Source: Rhizophagus irregularis (Eukaryota). From it: DNA of 64,000 nucleotides. Where the stretch lies: positions 4,030,001 to 4,094,000 of the forward strand of contig NC_089435.1 in assembly GCF_026210795.1 (NCBI RefSeq). The letters run 5' to 3'. Both the position numbers and the translations under genes were made by a program. Below, in pieces: positions 25,860-39,438 of this stretch. Each line of letters starts with the position of its first letter. Positions within the stretch are counted from its first letter, which is position 1. The notes under the pieces are model-generated. The model saw nothing but the letters and a program-made list of their open reading frames with translations. It was not told the origin of the DNA and made no database searches.

Positions 25860-26430
25860 AAACTTAGCCAGCATGATCCAGTATTACTCAAGCTTTTAAC
25901 AGATAAATTGAAAAGAAACAAGGGTTAACAGCACTTTTAAAAAAGGTATAATTTTAGCAAAGAGCAGGCATTTATATTAGTTTCTGATCAAAAAATTTGT
26001 TGAAGTAAAGTCAAATAACTTTTCAAATAGGAGGATCAGAAATGAGGGAGTGAATTTATGCCAAATGTCTGATCTTATTCCAGAAGAAGAAACTGTCAAA
26101 AGGATAGTTCAGCAAATTGTCCAGGATAATCTTAGCAAAAAAGATGTAGAAACCATAGTAAAAATCTTAGCTGAATCTGCCTCTAATGCTAGTACTAGTT
26201 CATCCTGAATCTCTAGATTTCAAAGAGAGTTAGCTAATAAAATTCAAAAGGAGTATAGTGGGCAATGTGAAAATGAAGGGATCAATTTTCCTGATCACTT
26301 CTCACTAAAATCGGTTAAGGAAAGATTGGATGGATATGATGTATCCAATGTTCCTAACTTACAAGTCCTCACTAATATAATGATAATGCTCTGCATCCAT
26401 TCTACTGAAATTAACTGAAAACTTTATGTA
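25860..26430 (+). pseudogene. Truncated fragment of a repetitive Glomeromycotina-type gene
   Basis: Reads CQMSDLIPEEETVKRIVQQI..INFPDHFSLKSVKERLDGYDVSNVPNLQVLTNIMIMLCIHSTE with stops. Confidence 0.5.
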
Positions 26431-26707
26431 TATGGAATTGAATTCATGAATTCTGGTTTAAATTCAGATTTCCAAATTCTGAATGGGATTTTTATAATCA
26501 AATAAGTGATTTACTAAGTTTGATAAAAAACCGGATTTAAATCTGAAATTCAAATTTCAGATTAAAATAATCAACCAGATTTCAAACTAAATCTTAAATT
26601 TGATTTGTCATTAAAATTTGATTTGAATATTTAAACCAAATACCTTTGACCTGTATAATTACTCATAGGAACGTTTGCTTAGCCATGTGTGAATTTAGGT
26701 ATAGTTA

Positions 26708-27014
26708 GGCCACACAAATTTGAATTTTCGGTTCACTTCACCCGGCCGGGTCACTTTTTCAAATTTTAATAAAAAAAAGTTTATATATAAAAAATTTATC
26801 ATGTGATCAGGACGTAATTTTATTGGCGGGTAAGTTTATCACACGGCTGAGAACTTCTAGAGCGAAAATAAATTCCTCCCTTTTAAAAGTCAACCAATCA
26901 AATGTCACGATTTTATATATAAACTTTTTTTACTAATAAACAATAAACCCCAGGTCCCCGGGTTGATTTTAAATTTCAATGTTACGTGAACCAAAAAATT
27001 GAATTTGTGTGGCC
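26708..27014. mobile_element. PIF/Harbinger (Tourist)-like MITE
   Basis: TIR GGCCACACAAATT / AATTTGTGTGGCC with TTA TSD; related partial copy at ~7686-7900. Confidence 0.9.
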
Positions 27015-28076
27015 TTAGAAGAAGGATTTGCTTAGAATCAATAAAAATTTTCATTATACTTACTGTATATATTTAGTTTGCATATTTTCAGCATATTTTT
27101 TTATGTCATCTTTTTTGTTTGCTTATTTTTAGGATAATTTTGGCCGATCTCTATGGTAACATCTTAAAACTATTAGGGGATGAAAAAAGATATTATAATG
27201 AATATTTTGGTCGGGATGATATTATTGAAAAAATGAGGCGGTTTTAAATATATACATAATAGTAGTTATAAGAAATTAAAAAAAAACCTTAAATTTAAAA
27301 TAATACGATAAATAAATATATTAGAAGTGATCAGTATTACTAAAACAAATCTTGATTTTCTGTGCACACTATATAGTTAATGATCAACGGATAAAATACT
27401 AATATAATAATATCGGTCATATGTTGAGTTTGCTTATTATCTTAGTAAAAACTCTTGCGTAGCGCTATTATAAAATTTTCAAAATTTCCTATGACTTATA
27501 TATATATTACGCGGGGTCCTAATATATTCGGACAAATTTTAAATACAAGTTAAGTTGTAAGTTAATAGAAAATAATTAATTAATATTATTTAAAAATATA
27601 AATATTTAATAATATAACTAAGCGAAATACTGAACTAACTACAAATCAATTGATTTATTATTTGGTTTGAAATTCAGTTTGGTTAAATAATCCAGTTAAA
27701 TTTTTTGATTCGAATTGAGGTCTGGTTTTCAAGTTCAAATCTAATTTATAAATCGAATTTCAAACCAAATACTAAAATCAAATCTATTTTATAAATCGGA
27801 TCATAAATTCAGATTATAAACCAAATCTGAAATTTGATTCGCAGTCTAGCAAATTAAATTTCGAATTGGGTTATCCAATCCGGTTCCATGCTCTATGCTT
27901 ATTTATTTACTACCATATATAGCAAAATGAAATTTTCGATTAATAGGTTAATATATATGTTTTATGTCATGCTTTTTCGTTGCATCAACATTACATAATA
28001 GCCTTAAGATTTATGTAATCTGATCCATAAATAATATTTTCTTCTTAGAGATCATATCACCATATTCCACATTATC

Positions 28077-28882
28077 ATGCCTGCTTCCATAGCACCATTT
28101 ATCTGCAAATGTTCCGATGCTCATTCTAAACCACTACGCTTTTTCACTCAAAAGGAGCTCCAGCTTCATGTCTACAATGATCACGATTTGGCCAATTTAA
28201 GGTAAACTAACTATTACTTGAGAGTCATTAGGTTTTTACTTTCTGATCTGTTCTTACGCAGAGCGTTTTATCGAGGGCGCAAATTTTATCAATGCCCATG
28301 GGAGAATTGTAAAAATCGATGTAATGATATTCCTCAATTAAAAGGTATAAATAATATGCTAAGTACCTAAGTACTTTCTGACTCTGTAATAAATCGTAAT
28401 AATCTATTATTATTTCTTGCAGAACATTTGCGTAAACACACTAAACAGATGCCATTTAAGGTAGGCACAAAAATTGGTTTTGCCTGCTACTTTAAATTGA
28501 CTTTAATTTCTTTCACGTTTAGTGCCCAATTTGCGATAGTTCACGTCGATTTAGATCCTTTGATAAACTAGAACGACACCTAATTTTTATCCATCGGGAG
28601 AGAGTTTTAGACTTTACGGACACAGATGATATGACGGGACAGGAAGAAGGTATTCTTTCCAAGATGATTACTGCTTTCTACCTCATAAAAAACTGTGAAA
28701 CGAAAATTTTAATTATATCATGAATTATCTAATGTGTGTTTTATCTTTAAAAAAATAAAGGTGATACTTCTGAGGATGAAAATGAAGATTATCTTATATG
28801 TAAAGCACTTTTTAAACGTTGCGATCGGGAATATGCTGAAAGACTAATAGCACAGTATGGACTTGAAGACTTTGATCTTTAA
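28077..28882 (+). CDS. C2H2 zinc-finger protein (3 fingers, acidic tail), 164 aa, 5 exons (28077-28201, 28262-28344, 28423-28460, 28523-28649, 28761-28882)
   Basis: GT-AG splicing gives an open frame with FICKCSD..F..ELQLHVYNDH, YQCPWENC..LKEHLRKHTKQMPFKCPICDSSRRF..LERHLIFIH. Confidence 0.88.
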
Positions 28883-29025
28883 CTCTATCTTTATATGTTC
28901 CTGGTAAAATTTTTTGCGTTTATATCAATTAATATACAGAAAAGAACAAATATACAAACATTAACTATATATGTAACTAGCTTTTTATTTACATTAGCAG
29001 AAAATAAAATCAATGATTAACAATG

Positions 29026-29649
29026 TCAATACATTTTTCTAATCCTCGCTTGCATGTTAGTGACATGTAATCACTAGCTGTATCTAATTGTTCGAGTGCA
29101 ATGATCTTCTTTAACCTTTTCCCCACGATTTCGAGCTAGTTTGTAGGAGCCCATCTCAAGTATTTCATCTCATGTTACCCCACCTAAATCTCGAGCCTTT
29201 TCTTCAATCCTTTTCCATACAGTTTGATCATTGCTATTCAGCAGATCTTTAATATTTTCGAAACGATCATTTTCAAGTAACTCATCATTGTATTGTTCCA
29301 AAAGGAAAGTGTTCCAATGTGACAAAATGTCACAAAGGTCATCCGTAGCGTCACGGACTTCTTCATTAAAGCACATAGTTTTTGTGCTATCTGTAGTATA
29401 TTTAGAAATATTAGAGTCATATAAATATTCATACAATCATGTATGTTGGATTGAGAAATACTCACCACTTTCAACTAACATTAAATTCTCTGCATTTTTA
29501 ACTTCCTCATTCCAAATATGTTTTGGAATGTTGCGAAACAATTCTCCTTTCCTTTTCAAATAATAAAGGGAAACTTTGTTTTCTGGCCCAATACTCTCTG
29601 AATCTACATCGTTCCAACACCCGCCAGTCTTTTCGAGGATTTTTGACAT
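29026..29649 (-). pseudogene. Unknown ~207-codon gene with four in-frame TGA/TAG stops
   Basis: ORFs 29437-29649 and 29170-29436 share a frame that continues DEILEMGSYK..RYS**LHVTNMQARIRKMY*. Confidence 0.65.
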
Positions 29650-29999
29650 TTGTGAATGAGATGAGAGAGAGGTCTACAGTGATGAAGGAGAAATAAGAGA
29701 AAGGGAAATGATCAACAAGCTAATTCATTCAAAATTGGTAAAAATATGTGAAATTGAGTTAAACTGATCCGAGACATTCATCAGTAATACAAAACGAAAA
29801 GTAATACAAAGCAATATATTACCTGAGCGAAACCTACAAGTATGCTACGCTGGACCTTGTCATCTGTGACACGAACAAGATTTTGGCCTCCTGCCCGCCC
29901 ATTCACATACTGTAAAAAGAAAAGAAAATATGCCATTAACAATAATATCATGGGTTTTTTCTAGCTTTAGTGAAGAAAAAGTTACCTTGATTGCGTAAT

Positions 30000-30570
30000 T
30001 GATTCGCCCGCAACATTTATTTCGTATTCAGGTCTCATACTGAATTCCTTACCCGTGACGTCTCTCGTGACAATGAAGGGCCGTATGCCCGTATGAAGTA
30101 TGTCGAAACGTATTCATTACGCTTAGATTCCAAACTATCCACAACCAATGACCCGTAATGTTTTACCCTGAACAAAATATCCTACTCAAAGTGCTTATTG
30201 GAGTCTTGAATTTCGTGGGTTTGTAGAGAAAATAGTCCATACTATTTGAGTTAATGACATATTTCATCAACACCTCCTTTAACTGCAGTAGGTTGAGAAC
30301 GTCCTTTCTTTTCTCCCTACACTCCTTGGCGAACTTCACGGGTGCTTTTGCCGGTCCTCCAAGAATTCAAGCTCTTCCTGAGACAGGTCGAAAAAAGCAT
30401 AACCGATAAACTCTTGCTTATCTAAAATTTTGAGAGCCGTATCACCTTATGTCCTCTCCCCGCAAAGAAGTCGATAAGTTCAGCCGTATTGTACTTTATA
30501 ACTTCACCCTCCAACGCGAGCGTCTCATTTCCAGTTGCTGTAACAGAGAATACAATATATCGGTACGTTG
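30000..30570 (-). pseudogene. Decayed Crinkler-like family gene fragment
   Basis: VTATGNETLALEGEVIKYNTAELIDF..GYAFFDLSQEEL..VKFAKECREKK with frameshifts. Confidence 0.5.
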
Positions 30571-31147
30571 CCGAAGTAAATTTGAGAATTCTTGCCAACT
30601 TCACATAAAATAAAGTAAATTTGAGAATTCCTGTGGTGGCTGGCTCCCTAGTAATAGGCAGTTTATTTTATATCGCATAAACTTGACAATAGTTTATATT
30701 ATGTATTAAAGTACGGTGTACCACGAAATAAACACAAAAATAAAAAAAAGTAAATTTGAGAATTACTGCGGAAGTTAAGGCTTATATTTCTGACATTTTG
30801 ATTCCTAAATACAAGAGCCCAATAGGATAGGTCATAGGTCCTACATTGCAACTAGACGCTCTTTCGCATTTTTCTCATGTTTGTTCGGGATAAAATCTCG
30901 GAGGCACTAAGCATATACTCACAGACCCGTCCTGTGATCCACATAGTGACATAGGGACAAATGTGCGTCATTGGCCTATAACTTTTTTTTTGTCACAATG
31001 CATGTATGTGTGGTACACCGTATGTCTATTGATCTGCAGGAGATAGTCTTTCCTGTTAGGTTATTTTTTTTTTCGAGAATATAAGAAAAAAGGAGGAAAG
31101 ATCAATAAAACGATCTTGGGGATTCTTGATTCCTAAATACTACTATA

Positions 31148-31590
31148 AATATGGCTTTAAAGATTTTTATGCAACTGTTATCCAGCGAGCTTACAGGAAT
31201 TACAAAAAGAGACCTGAATCTTTGGCAAAATAAGTTTGGAAGATAATGAGGAATGATGATACTCCTGATAGAAAGAAATTCTTAGGTATACTTACATATA
31301 ATCAGATGCTAATTAATCCTGAGATATAAGAAGAGTATGATATAGCTTGCAATGAGTTTTATGCTTTATTTAGAAAAAGTTACTCAGAATATATTGGAAT
31401 AATTAATCCAGCCAAAGTAATCCCATTATATAAGGAATATGTTTATTATTTTCCTAGATAATGGATAGAAGCTAAGAAATATCAGTTAAGATGACAATTA
31501 GATAAGGTAATATACTGGCCCACTCCTATTTCTCAGGAAGATTTTTATTTGAATTGCATTGTGATATTAATTATTATCAAAATCTATTAT
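31148..31590 (+). pseudogene. IQ-motif-like gene fragment with stops
   Basis: FYATVIQRAYRNYKKRPESLAK*VWKIMRNDDTPD..WIEAKKYQL. Confidence 0.5.
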
Positions 31591-32066
31591 AATGCATGTA
31601 GGTGTGTATGAGTATGACATAAATTAGCACATTTTCAATTTTCGTTAAAATGTATATGATGTAATAAGTAATACACCACAAATCATCTGTAACTTTATGT
31701 AATTATGTTAATATTCTGTATGAATTAAATTTTTCTTTGAAATTTGATTCAATTCAAACTTAACTTGAATTTGATTTAACTTCCAAAAATTATTATCTTG
31801 GGATCTAGTAATCCAATTTTGATAATTTTTTTAAATTTTTTAATTGTTCTGATTAAAATAAAAAAGATCATCAAAATCTGATTGCTAGATCAAAAGTTAT
31901 TCAAAATTTTTATATATTAATTTAATTCTTTATTATATTTTATTTTAATTATAATTTATATAAACAAATCTTTTTTTTTTTGCCTTTTTTTATAATTTTC
32001 ACTTTATTATAAATTTTTTTTAAATAATAATAAAATATAAAAATTATATTTAATGAAATTATTTAA

Positions 32067-33539
32067 TTATATATTTTTATTATATTTAAAATTACTTAAT
32101 ACTCCATTTGCTGTGAATTTTTGTACAATTTTCTTTTTTTCATTATCATAATGATAATTGATAACATTTAAATTTAATGATTTCATATTTGGTCTTTTTT
32201 GCCATATATTAAGAAATTTCTCAAGTAATTCAGAAGTTATATTAATATTTAATTGTAATTTATATAAACTTTGAGGTGAATTTTTTGCCAAAATTTCAAA
32301 AAAAAGAAGTAATTGTGATTGATCTCTAGAATTAAAATATAATAAATTTAAATTTAATTCTTTTAAATTTTGACAAGAATTTAAAAGTTTTAATAAATCA
32401 TTAGTATCTATAATTTCAATATATAAATATTCCAATTTAAAACAATTATAAGAGATAGTATTAACTAAAAATCCAACTTCTTTAGAATTATAACAACCTT
32501 TTATATGAACAATTTTTTTTAATTCACTACCAGATTTTTCTATTACTTCTGCAAATACCTTAAAAGGTAAATTACATTCCAAAATTTCTAATTGTTCAAA
32601 TTTGATTGATTTCAATTCTAAATGAAATCTATCCAAAAGTTGATGTCTATTATCCACTTTAAATTTTAATTCTCTTAAATTTTGAGTAAAATAAGGTAAT
32701 ATATTCAAAATAATTGCAAGTTCATTTTCAAAATTAAGTGAAATAATAGATTGTGATTTCAATTTCAATACATTTATAAAAGAAACTATGTGTTGATTGT
32801 TTTTTTTTCTACTAGTCTTTTCAGAAATAAAGTTCAAATAATTAAGATTATTTTGAACTTTTACTAAATTAACCATTTCTTGATTTGGATTAATAGTAAC
32901 TTCAATTAATTTGAGTCTCTTAATATTTTGACATAATTGTGATAATTGATTCAAAATTAATGGATCTATATTTGCACCAATAATCAATTCAGTAATTTGT
33001 GAAAAAGGTTTACAATTACTAAATAATCCAGTTATATCATGTTGAATGTCTTCAATATGCATATATAAAATGCGTGGTGATTCATATATGAATAATTTCA
33101 AAATTTCTTTGATAATAAAGATTTTATGATCTTTAAATCGATTTTGAAAATCTATCATTTTATTAATATGATAAATTGATAGATTTTTACAAAAACTTGG
33201 ATAATTGAATAAAGTGTAACCTTTAGTTTGACGAGTGTTGGATCTAAATGAATACTTTGGTTGTATTTCAATACCACATTCTTTTAAGTATTCTATAGAA
33301 TTATCCGGTAAGAATAGAATTAATATATTAAACATTGCTCTGTATCGATATTTAGAATTCTTATTACTCCAAATTTTAAAGTTCCAAGGATTTCTCCATA
33401 AGGTAGGTACAGTTATTTGACACCATAACCTGTTAACGAACAAACAAGAAAATAGTGTCTTAAAAGATCTTATATCATCTTGAAATACCAAATTGTTTAA
33501 TATATCACAAAGAATTTCAACAGGAAGATTTTGTGACAT
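32067..33539 (-). CDS. F-box / RNI-like LRR protein, 490 aa, single exon
   Basis: LPVEILCDILNNL..LFSCLFVNRLWCQITVPTLWRNPW, LFNYPSF and Leu-rich C-terminus; long open frame. Confidence 0.92.
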   Translation of the reverse strand: MSQNLPVEILCDILNNLVFQDDIRSFKTLFSCLFVNRLWCQITVPTLWRNPWNFKIWSNKNSKYRYRAMFNILILFLPDNSIEYLKECGIEIQPKYSFRSNTRQTKGYTLFNYPSFCKNLSIYHINKMIDFQNRFKDHKIFIIKEILKLFIYESPRILYMHIEDIQHDITGLFSNCKPFSQITELIIGANIDPLILNQLSQLCQNIKRLKLIEVTINPNQEMVNLVKVQNNLNYLNFISEKTSRKKNNQHIVSFINVLKLKSQSIISLNFENELAIILNILPYFTQNLRELKFKVDNRHQLLDRFHLELKSIKFEQLEILECNLPFKVFAEVIEKSGSELKKIVHIKGCYNSKEVGFLVNTISYNCFKLEYLYIEIIDTNDLLKLLNSCQNLKELNLNLLYFNSRDQSQLLLFFEILAKNSPQSLYKLQLNINITSELLEKFLNIWQKRPNMKSLNLNVINYHYDNEKKKIVQKFTANGVLSNFKYNKNI

Positions 33540-33594
33540 GGAGGTTTTAATAAATGTGATTTTAACCCTTTTTTACTTTGATGGTTTTTTTTTA

Positions 33595-33862
33595 AACCAG
33601 ATCTTAAAGAAGGAAGAAGACGAACCAGATTTTAAAGAAGAAAGAAGGTGAACCAGATCTTAAAGAAGGAAGAAGACGAACCAGATTTTAAAGAAGAAAG
33701 AAGGTGAACCAGATCTTAAAGAAGGAAGAAGACGAACCAGATTTTAAAGAAGAAAGAAGGTGAACCAGATCTTAAAGAAGGAAGAAGACGAACCAGATTT
33801 TAAAGAAGAAAGAAGGTGAACCAGATCTTAAAGAAGGAAGAAGGTGAACGCAGATCTTAAAA
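33595..33862. repeat. 28-bp minisatellite, ~9.5 copies, alternating A/B variants
   Basis: AACCAGATCTTAAAGAAGGAAGAAGACG / AACCAGATTTTAAAGAAGAAAGAAGGTG. Confidence 0.95.
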
Positions 33863-34384
33863 AGGGCAGAAAAAAAAAATATTGACACAAACATAGCCAC
33901 AAACGATATTAATTGCGTAAAATGAACTAGAATGAGAAAATCTGTGTCATATTAATTAAAAACCAACTACAATCATGTGATTATACTCTGTAAAATATCT
34001 CATATTCCCTTTTTATTCATTTTATAAAGAAATCTATATATAGTACTTGATAAAAAAAAAAGTTGATTCTCCCGATATTGTTTAAAATGATTAAAATCGC
34101 TATAATTAACCCTTATAACATAAAAAAAAAACCCTAATATCTAACTTTTGTTTCGAATATAATCTCTATATTATTTTATAAAAAAAGAGGCTTACAGTAT
34201 AAAAAAATAATATATATATAAATAAATCATACTATAATTATGGTTGTATGACCGTTATATATATAAATATTTTTTTTTTTTGCTTATAAATATTTTTTAA
34301 ATTTCTTACTTAACTTATTCATAATTTTTTTCTTGAAATTTTTTTATAATTCTTTTTTAAAAAAGAAAAGTTCCAATTTTTTTT

Positions 34385-35720
34385 TTAATATTTTTTTCTT
34401 CCATAAATTCTAAAAACAATTTCAGAAAAAAAAAATGTTAGGAGAGAAAGTAGTATGTAAATGAAACATGTACATATTCATTGAACATACGTACCTATAT
34501 GACTTGCAATAAGATTTGTTTTCATCATATTCCTTTTTAATTTTTTCTACAAAATCGTCATATTCTTCAATCGGAATACCCACAAATTTACATATATATG
34601 CTTTAGCATGAGATATAGATGTCCATTCATTACAACAAAGCTACATGACATAAAAAACAATATTAATTAAAGATTTGAATAACTCTATTGAAGGGATCGT
34701 GCTGGCCGGAATTACCAGATATTATCGGTCGGCACGATTGATCACGTGATCCATGTTTGTTACTGGATACCATGAGACGTTTTAAAAAAAAAACTTACCA
34801 ATTCTCCTAATTTTTTTCCGTGTGAACCTAAGGGAGTTGATTTATGTTCAACATGGATATCGATAACTTGATTAGTAGATTGTAAGTAGCTTTCAATACG
34901 AGAAGCAATAAACGGATCAAGGCCACGTGCATTCAAAAGACCATGAACTATTTATTATTTAAAAAATAAATCTTTTAATTAAAAAAAGTTAATAATAAAT
35001 TATATTAATATTAAAAATAAACCTACATGATTTCATAAATTTCTTAGTAAGAGGTCCAGCAAAATATGTTTCAATATCAGTTTCCTAAAAAAAAAAAAAT
35101 TATATAAGTTTCAAATGTTTTTAAAGTGTATATAAACAATATAAACATACCGTAAATTCGATCCAACCACCAGGTTTAGTTATTCTGACTATGTCAAAAA
35201 TAACGTCTTGCCACTGATTTTTAGTAAAGGCAAAATTCATGAAACCCTGGTGTACGAAATCAAAAGTATCATTTGGAAAAGGAAAACCTTCAATAATATT
35301 TCTTTCCAAGAATGCTACATTATCAGGAGTATTTTTATTTTGGGCAGAAGGAAACATTGTTGGAGATAAATCAACACCAACAAAAATAGATTCTTTATAA
35401 GAATTGGCCATATCTAATATCCACGCTCCTGGGCCACAACCTGAATCTAATACTTTAAGATTTCCTAAAGCAAGTTTATCATGCATTGGAGAGGAATATA
35501 TACTTTGCCATATGTACCTATAAAGATAATGATGCATTTGTAATCTCGAGATTTCTTCCTCATCATTTGCTAAAAAATATGGTACACCTTCTACATTATG
35601 AAATCTTCGACCTCCAGCAAATCTATAATTTTCAAGGATTGATTCATCAATATCTTCTTTCCAATTGGTCGCATTAAGTGGATGAAATTTAATATCACTT
35701 TTACTTAAATTTCTCTCCAT
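34385..35720 (-). CDS. SAM-dependent methyltransferase (fungal LaeA-like family), 5 exons
   Basis: GRRFH..YFLANDEEEISRLQMHH, VLDSGCGPGAW, GVDLSP, FPFPNDTFDFVHQ, RITKPGGWIEF; GT-AG introns keep the frame to RIYGRKKY*. Confidence 0.92.
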
Positions 35721-37198
35721 TTTTTTAAAAAAATATAATAAATCAATGAAATAAAAAAAAAACAAATAAAAAAAAAACAAAATAATAAAATAATTTTTTT
35801 ATAATAATAGTGATTATAATTTTTTAAAAAATTTATTTTTTTTTTAAAAAAAAAATTCTAATGCAAACATTCGTCATTTTTATATATTTTCGGAAAAATA
35901 GAATTTTTTTTAAAATATATATATATATATATATAAAATAAACAATTAATTTATATAATTAATTTTTGATTTATACAATAAAATTTCTTTGTCTGAAGTT
36001 AGGGATTTTTTTTTTTTTTGATAAGCAAACCACGAGATTTTAATATAAGTAATATACGTTATGGTCCGTGTGTGAATTGAATGAAATTCTAGAAGTTATA
36101 AGAATTTAAATCTTTTCATGTGAATTAATAAAATTATAATGGTATTAAAAATCGGGAATTTTGATAATCAATAGTTAAACCCAGATATTCGGAGTTAAAA
36201 TGGACGATCAAAAAAGTACCAAAAAGTACCCCAGTTCTAGTACACCAGTGAAAATCAAATAATATTAACATTTAGAGGAATGTTACATATGTTATACAAT
36301 TTACATATATCAAGTATATTAAGTATATTAAATACCTCATATATTTTGAACGAAGTTATTTGGTACTTTTAAGTAAACAATTAAAAAAAGTCAAAAAGAA
36401 ATTTCAGAATTACGCATTACTAAGAATGATTAAAATTCCCGTCCTGTAAACGTTTTTAAAGTATGATGATGATATACTTGCATAATTCATTTAAGCCTGC
36501 TGCTTTTCAACAATAAATGCATAAGTATTTTCGGCATTTCGAAACGAATTTTTCCTTATTTATCGATTCACAACGATTTATTTTCTTTTGATCGACAGAC
36601 GAATTATTTAAAATTATTTATTTAATACGGTAAAATGATGATCAGTTGTAATACTAATATAAATGCGTATAATATTATTTGATTATAAATGATTATTGGA
36701 TTGATTATATCATCAAATTACTCATGAAATCACTATTAAAAAAATAAATTTAGAATGACTTTTTAAACTTGTAATCACGAATTTGATTGTTGTGCGACAA
36801 AAGATTGAGCGATTCTTTTTTTTTCGTTCACTTTTCGTATCCATGTGATTATTAATAAAACAAATCATAATAAATTTCGGAATATAAAAAATATATATAT
36901 ATATATATATATATTTTTTTTAAACAATAAATTTAATAACGATAATACTAAAATATTAAATATTATAATAAAATTTATATACATACACATATATATATAC
37001 GAATCAATTAACATTTAGTCGGGATACAAACCGTTTAATATATGAAATTGCGTAATATTGATTTTCCAATTTTTATTTATTTATTGATTCAATAATTTTA
37101 CGGGTCAAAGATATTTATTTATTTATTAATTCAATGATTTTATTGGTCAAAGAAAATATTTTTAACTTGTAATTACCATTTATTAAAGTAAAATTACG

Positions 37199-38849
37199 TT
37201 ATTGTTTTAACATTTGAAAGTTTTTCCGCATTATAAATATTTCAGATGTAAATACTATGCAAACAAAAAAAAATTGGGGAAAATATTATTGACGGACGAA
37301 TATTTATTCCGGTTTGGTTTCGGGCAAATGATCGCAACGATTCCAGTCCAACTAAATTTGGACATCATATGATTCATATAAAGTTATGATGTACATATGA
37401 TCCAAATCATGTGAATTTAATTAATTAAAAAAGACTTTCAAACATTACTGAAACTATTTGTTTGCATATAAGTAGAATATTGATGAGTAAAAGATGGTTC
37501 ATCTATATATAAAATTATACAAATTATTATGACATTTTTAATGAAAAAAAAAAAAAACAAAAAACAAAAACAAAAACAAATTTTACCCGTATTATTTTTT
37601 TGTGTTTCGCTTAATAATATAATTAATATAAAACAAATTATTAGTGAAATTTTCTTTCTTAATATAAATAATTAAATTAATTATTAATACTTACGATGTT
37701 ATAATTGAATAAGATAACATTCCGAATAAAATTGGAAAAATTATATTAACAGCAATACAAAACATTATATCTATTAAATTATCAAGTCCCAAATACATTA
37801 ATAATGTCGTTGATGGAAGGACAATAATTGCTGTAAAAAAACAGATGGCACTACAAACAAAATTATACATTTTCATCTAATGTAAAAAAAAAATAGATAA
37901 ATTAATCATATATTAGATATATTATATATATATATATCATATCATTAATTACCTTTCTAATAAATACTCTAAAGTTTTCTCTTCCTTTGTCATTATTAAT
38001 GTCAGTTAATTTAATACTTTTTTTGGTTTGTTTAACTAATATTCTACCATAATATAAAAATAAGAATCCATTTATAAGACAATATAACCATTGAAAAAAT
38101 ACGTGAGTTGAAAATGCAAAAAACCATTTCTTCGTAAATCCTTCACTTCTTCTAATAAATGCTGCTATAAAACTAGTTGTTGTTAAACTTAATACTGTGA
38201 TAATACAAAATGCCCAAAATATAATTGTAATTTGTTTTTCTCCTTTTGGGATCCAAATTGTTTTCATTCTTGATGTTGTTTCTGTAAATTGATTAAATAA
38301 TAAACTTGGTAGAATTCTAAATATGCTTACTATATGTATATATACTAAAAGATGTCCTGGTATCCATGATATTAAAAAGAATGTATCTCGAAATATTATA
38401 TTATCTCCAAATAAATTAAAAATAATGGTTATACAATGAAAACATCGCACTATAAGAAAAGTTAGAATTTCTAATTTATCTCTGGATAAAAAAAAAATAA
38501 TTTTTTTTAAATGACTCACTTGAAAAATAAATTATTGACCAAAATTTCATATAATTTAAAGATGTCCAAGATATTATTTTATAAAATTTTTCATTTTGTT
38601 TAATTGAATTGTATATATAATAAGTCAATAATATTAATGTTAACATTAAATATAATATTGCTCCAATTATCAAAAAAGTTCGGAACATTTGAACCCCATT
38701 ACAATTTTCTATGGTAAGCGCCCACCTAATATAAGATAAGATTAATTATATATTTAACATATCGCGAATATTACGCGCTGAGATCTTTTTTTAACTTACG
38801 GGCATTGTCTATGATTAATTCCATTTGTAGTTACATTCATTTGAATCAT
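37199..38849 (-). CDS. Multi-pass (7TM-like) membrane protein, multi-exon; 3' end approximate
   Basis: MIQMNVTT..QCPWALTIENC followed by successive hydrophobic helices in ORFs 38476-38688, 37902-38519 and 37691-37876, separated by GT-AG introns. Confidence 0.7.
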
Positions 38850-39385
38850 TTCAAACGTTTTTGTGGGAAAAAAAAAAGAAAAATTTATTGACAGGAACTT
38901 ATATATCGTCCATTTACTCATATCTGATATGCTGATATGATATTATCTTGTTAAAGATAAATTTATATTAATTATTAATTATTGTAAAAAAAATAAAATA
39001 AAATAAATTCTTATTGGATAAACCCTTTTCACAAATAAAATATAAATAATATATAAATAATCATCAACGGATCATTATGTAAATAGAAAAAATATTAGTA
39101 CGTATTAAATTGATTACCGATTTATGGAAATTTGACAAACAAACATTTCTTCTCATCAATAATTCATATAAACATTCGGTTGGTAATTATGTTAAATTTT
39201 CGGAAAACCATTGAAGAAAAATCATATCCATATTTCTACCAAATTTTTGTTAATACATAATTTCCTAATAAAACTAACAAAGAAAAAATTAAATATTACT
39301 ATCCCAAATTGGTGTAACAGGTGTAAAACTGATAACTGATAATAATCTTTTAGAAAAGCGATCTGAAATTAGAAGACATTAAAAA

Positions 39386-39394
39386 TAATAATAA

Positions 39395-39437
<43 letters not shown>
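39386..39437. repeat. (AAT)n microsatellite
   Basis: Interrupted AAT run. Confidence 0.9.

Positions 39438-39438
<1 letters not shown>

Noticed and set aside
26431..27890. P-element-like insertion with CATGGAA ends
   Set aside because: TIR heavily decayed and candidate TSD (CTTTATGT / CTCTATGC) imperfect and offset by one base; not called as a feature.
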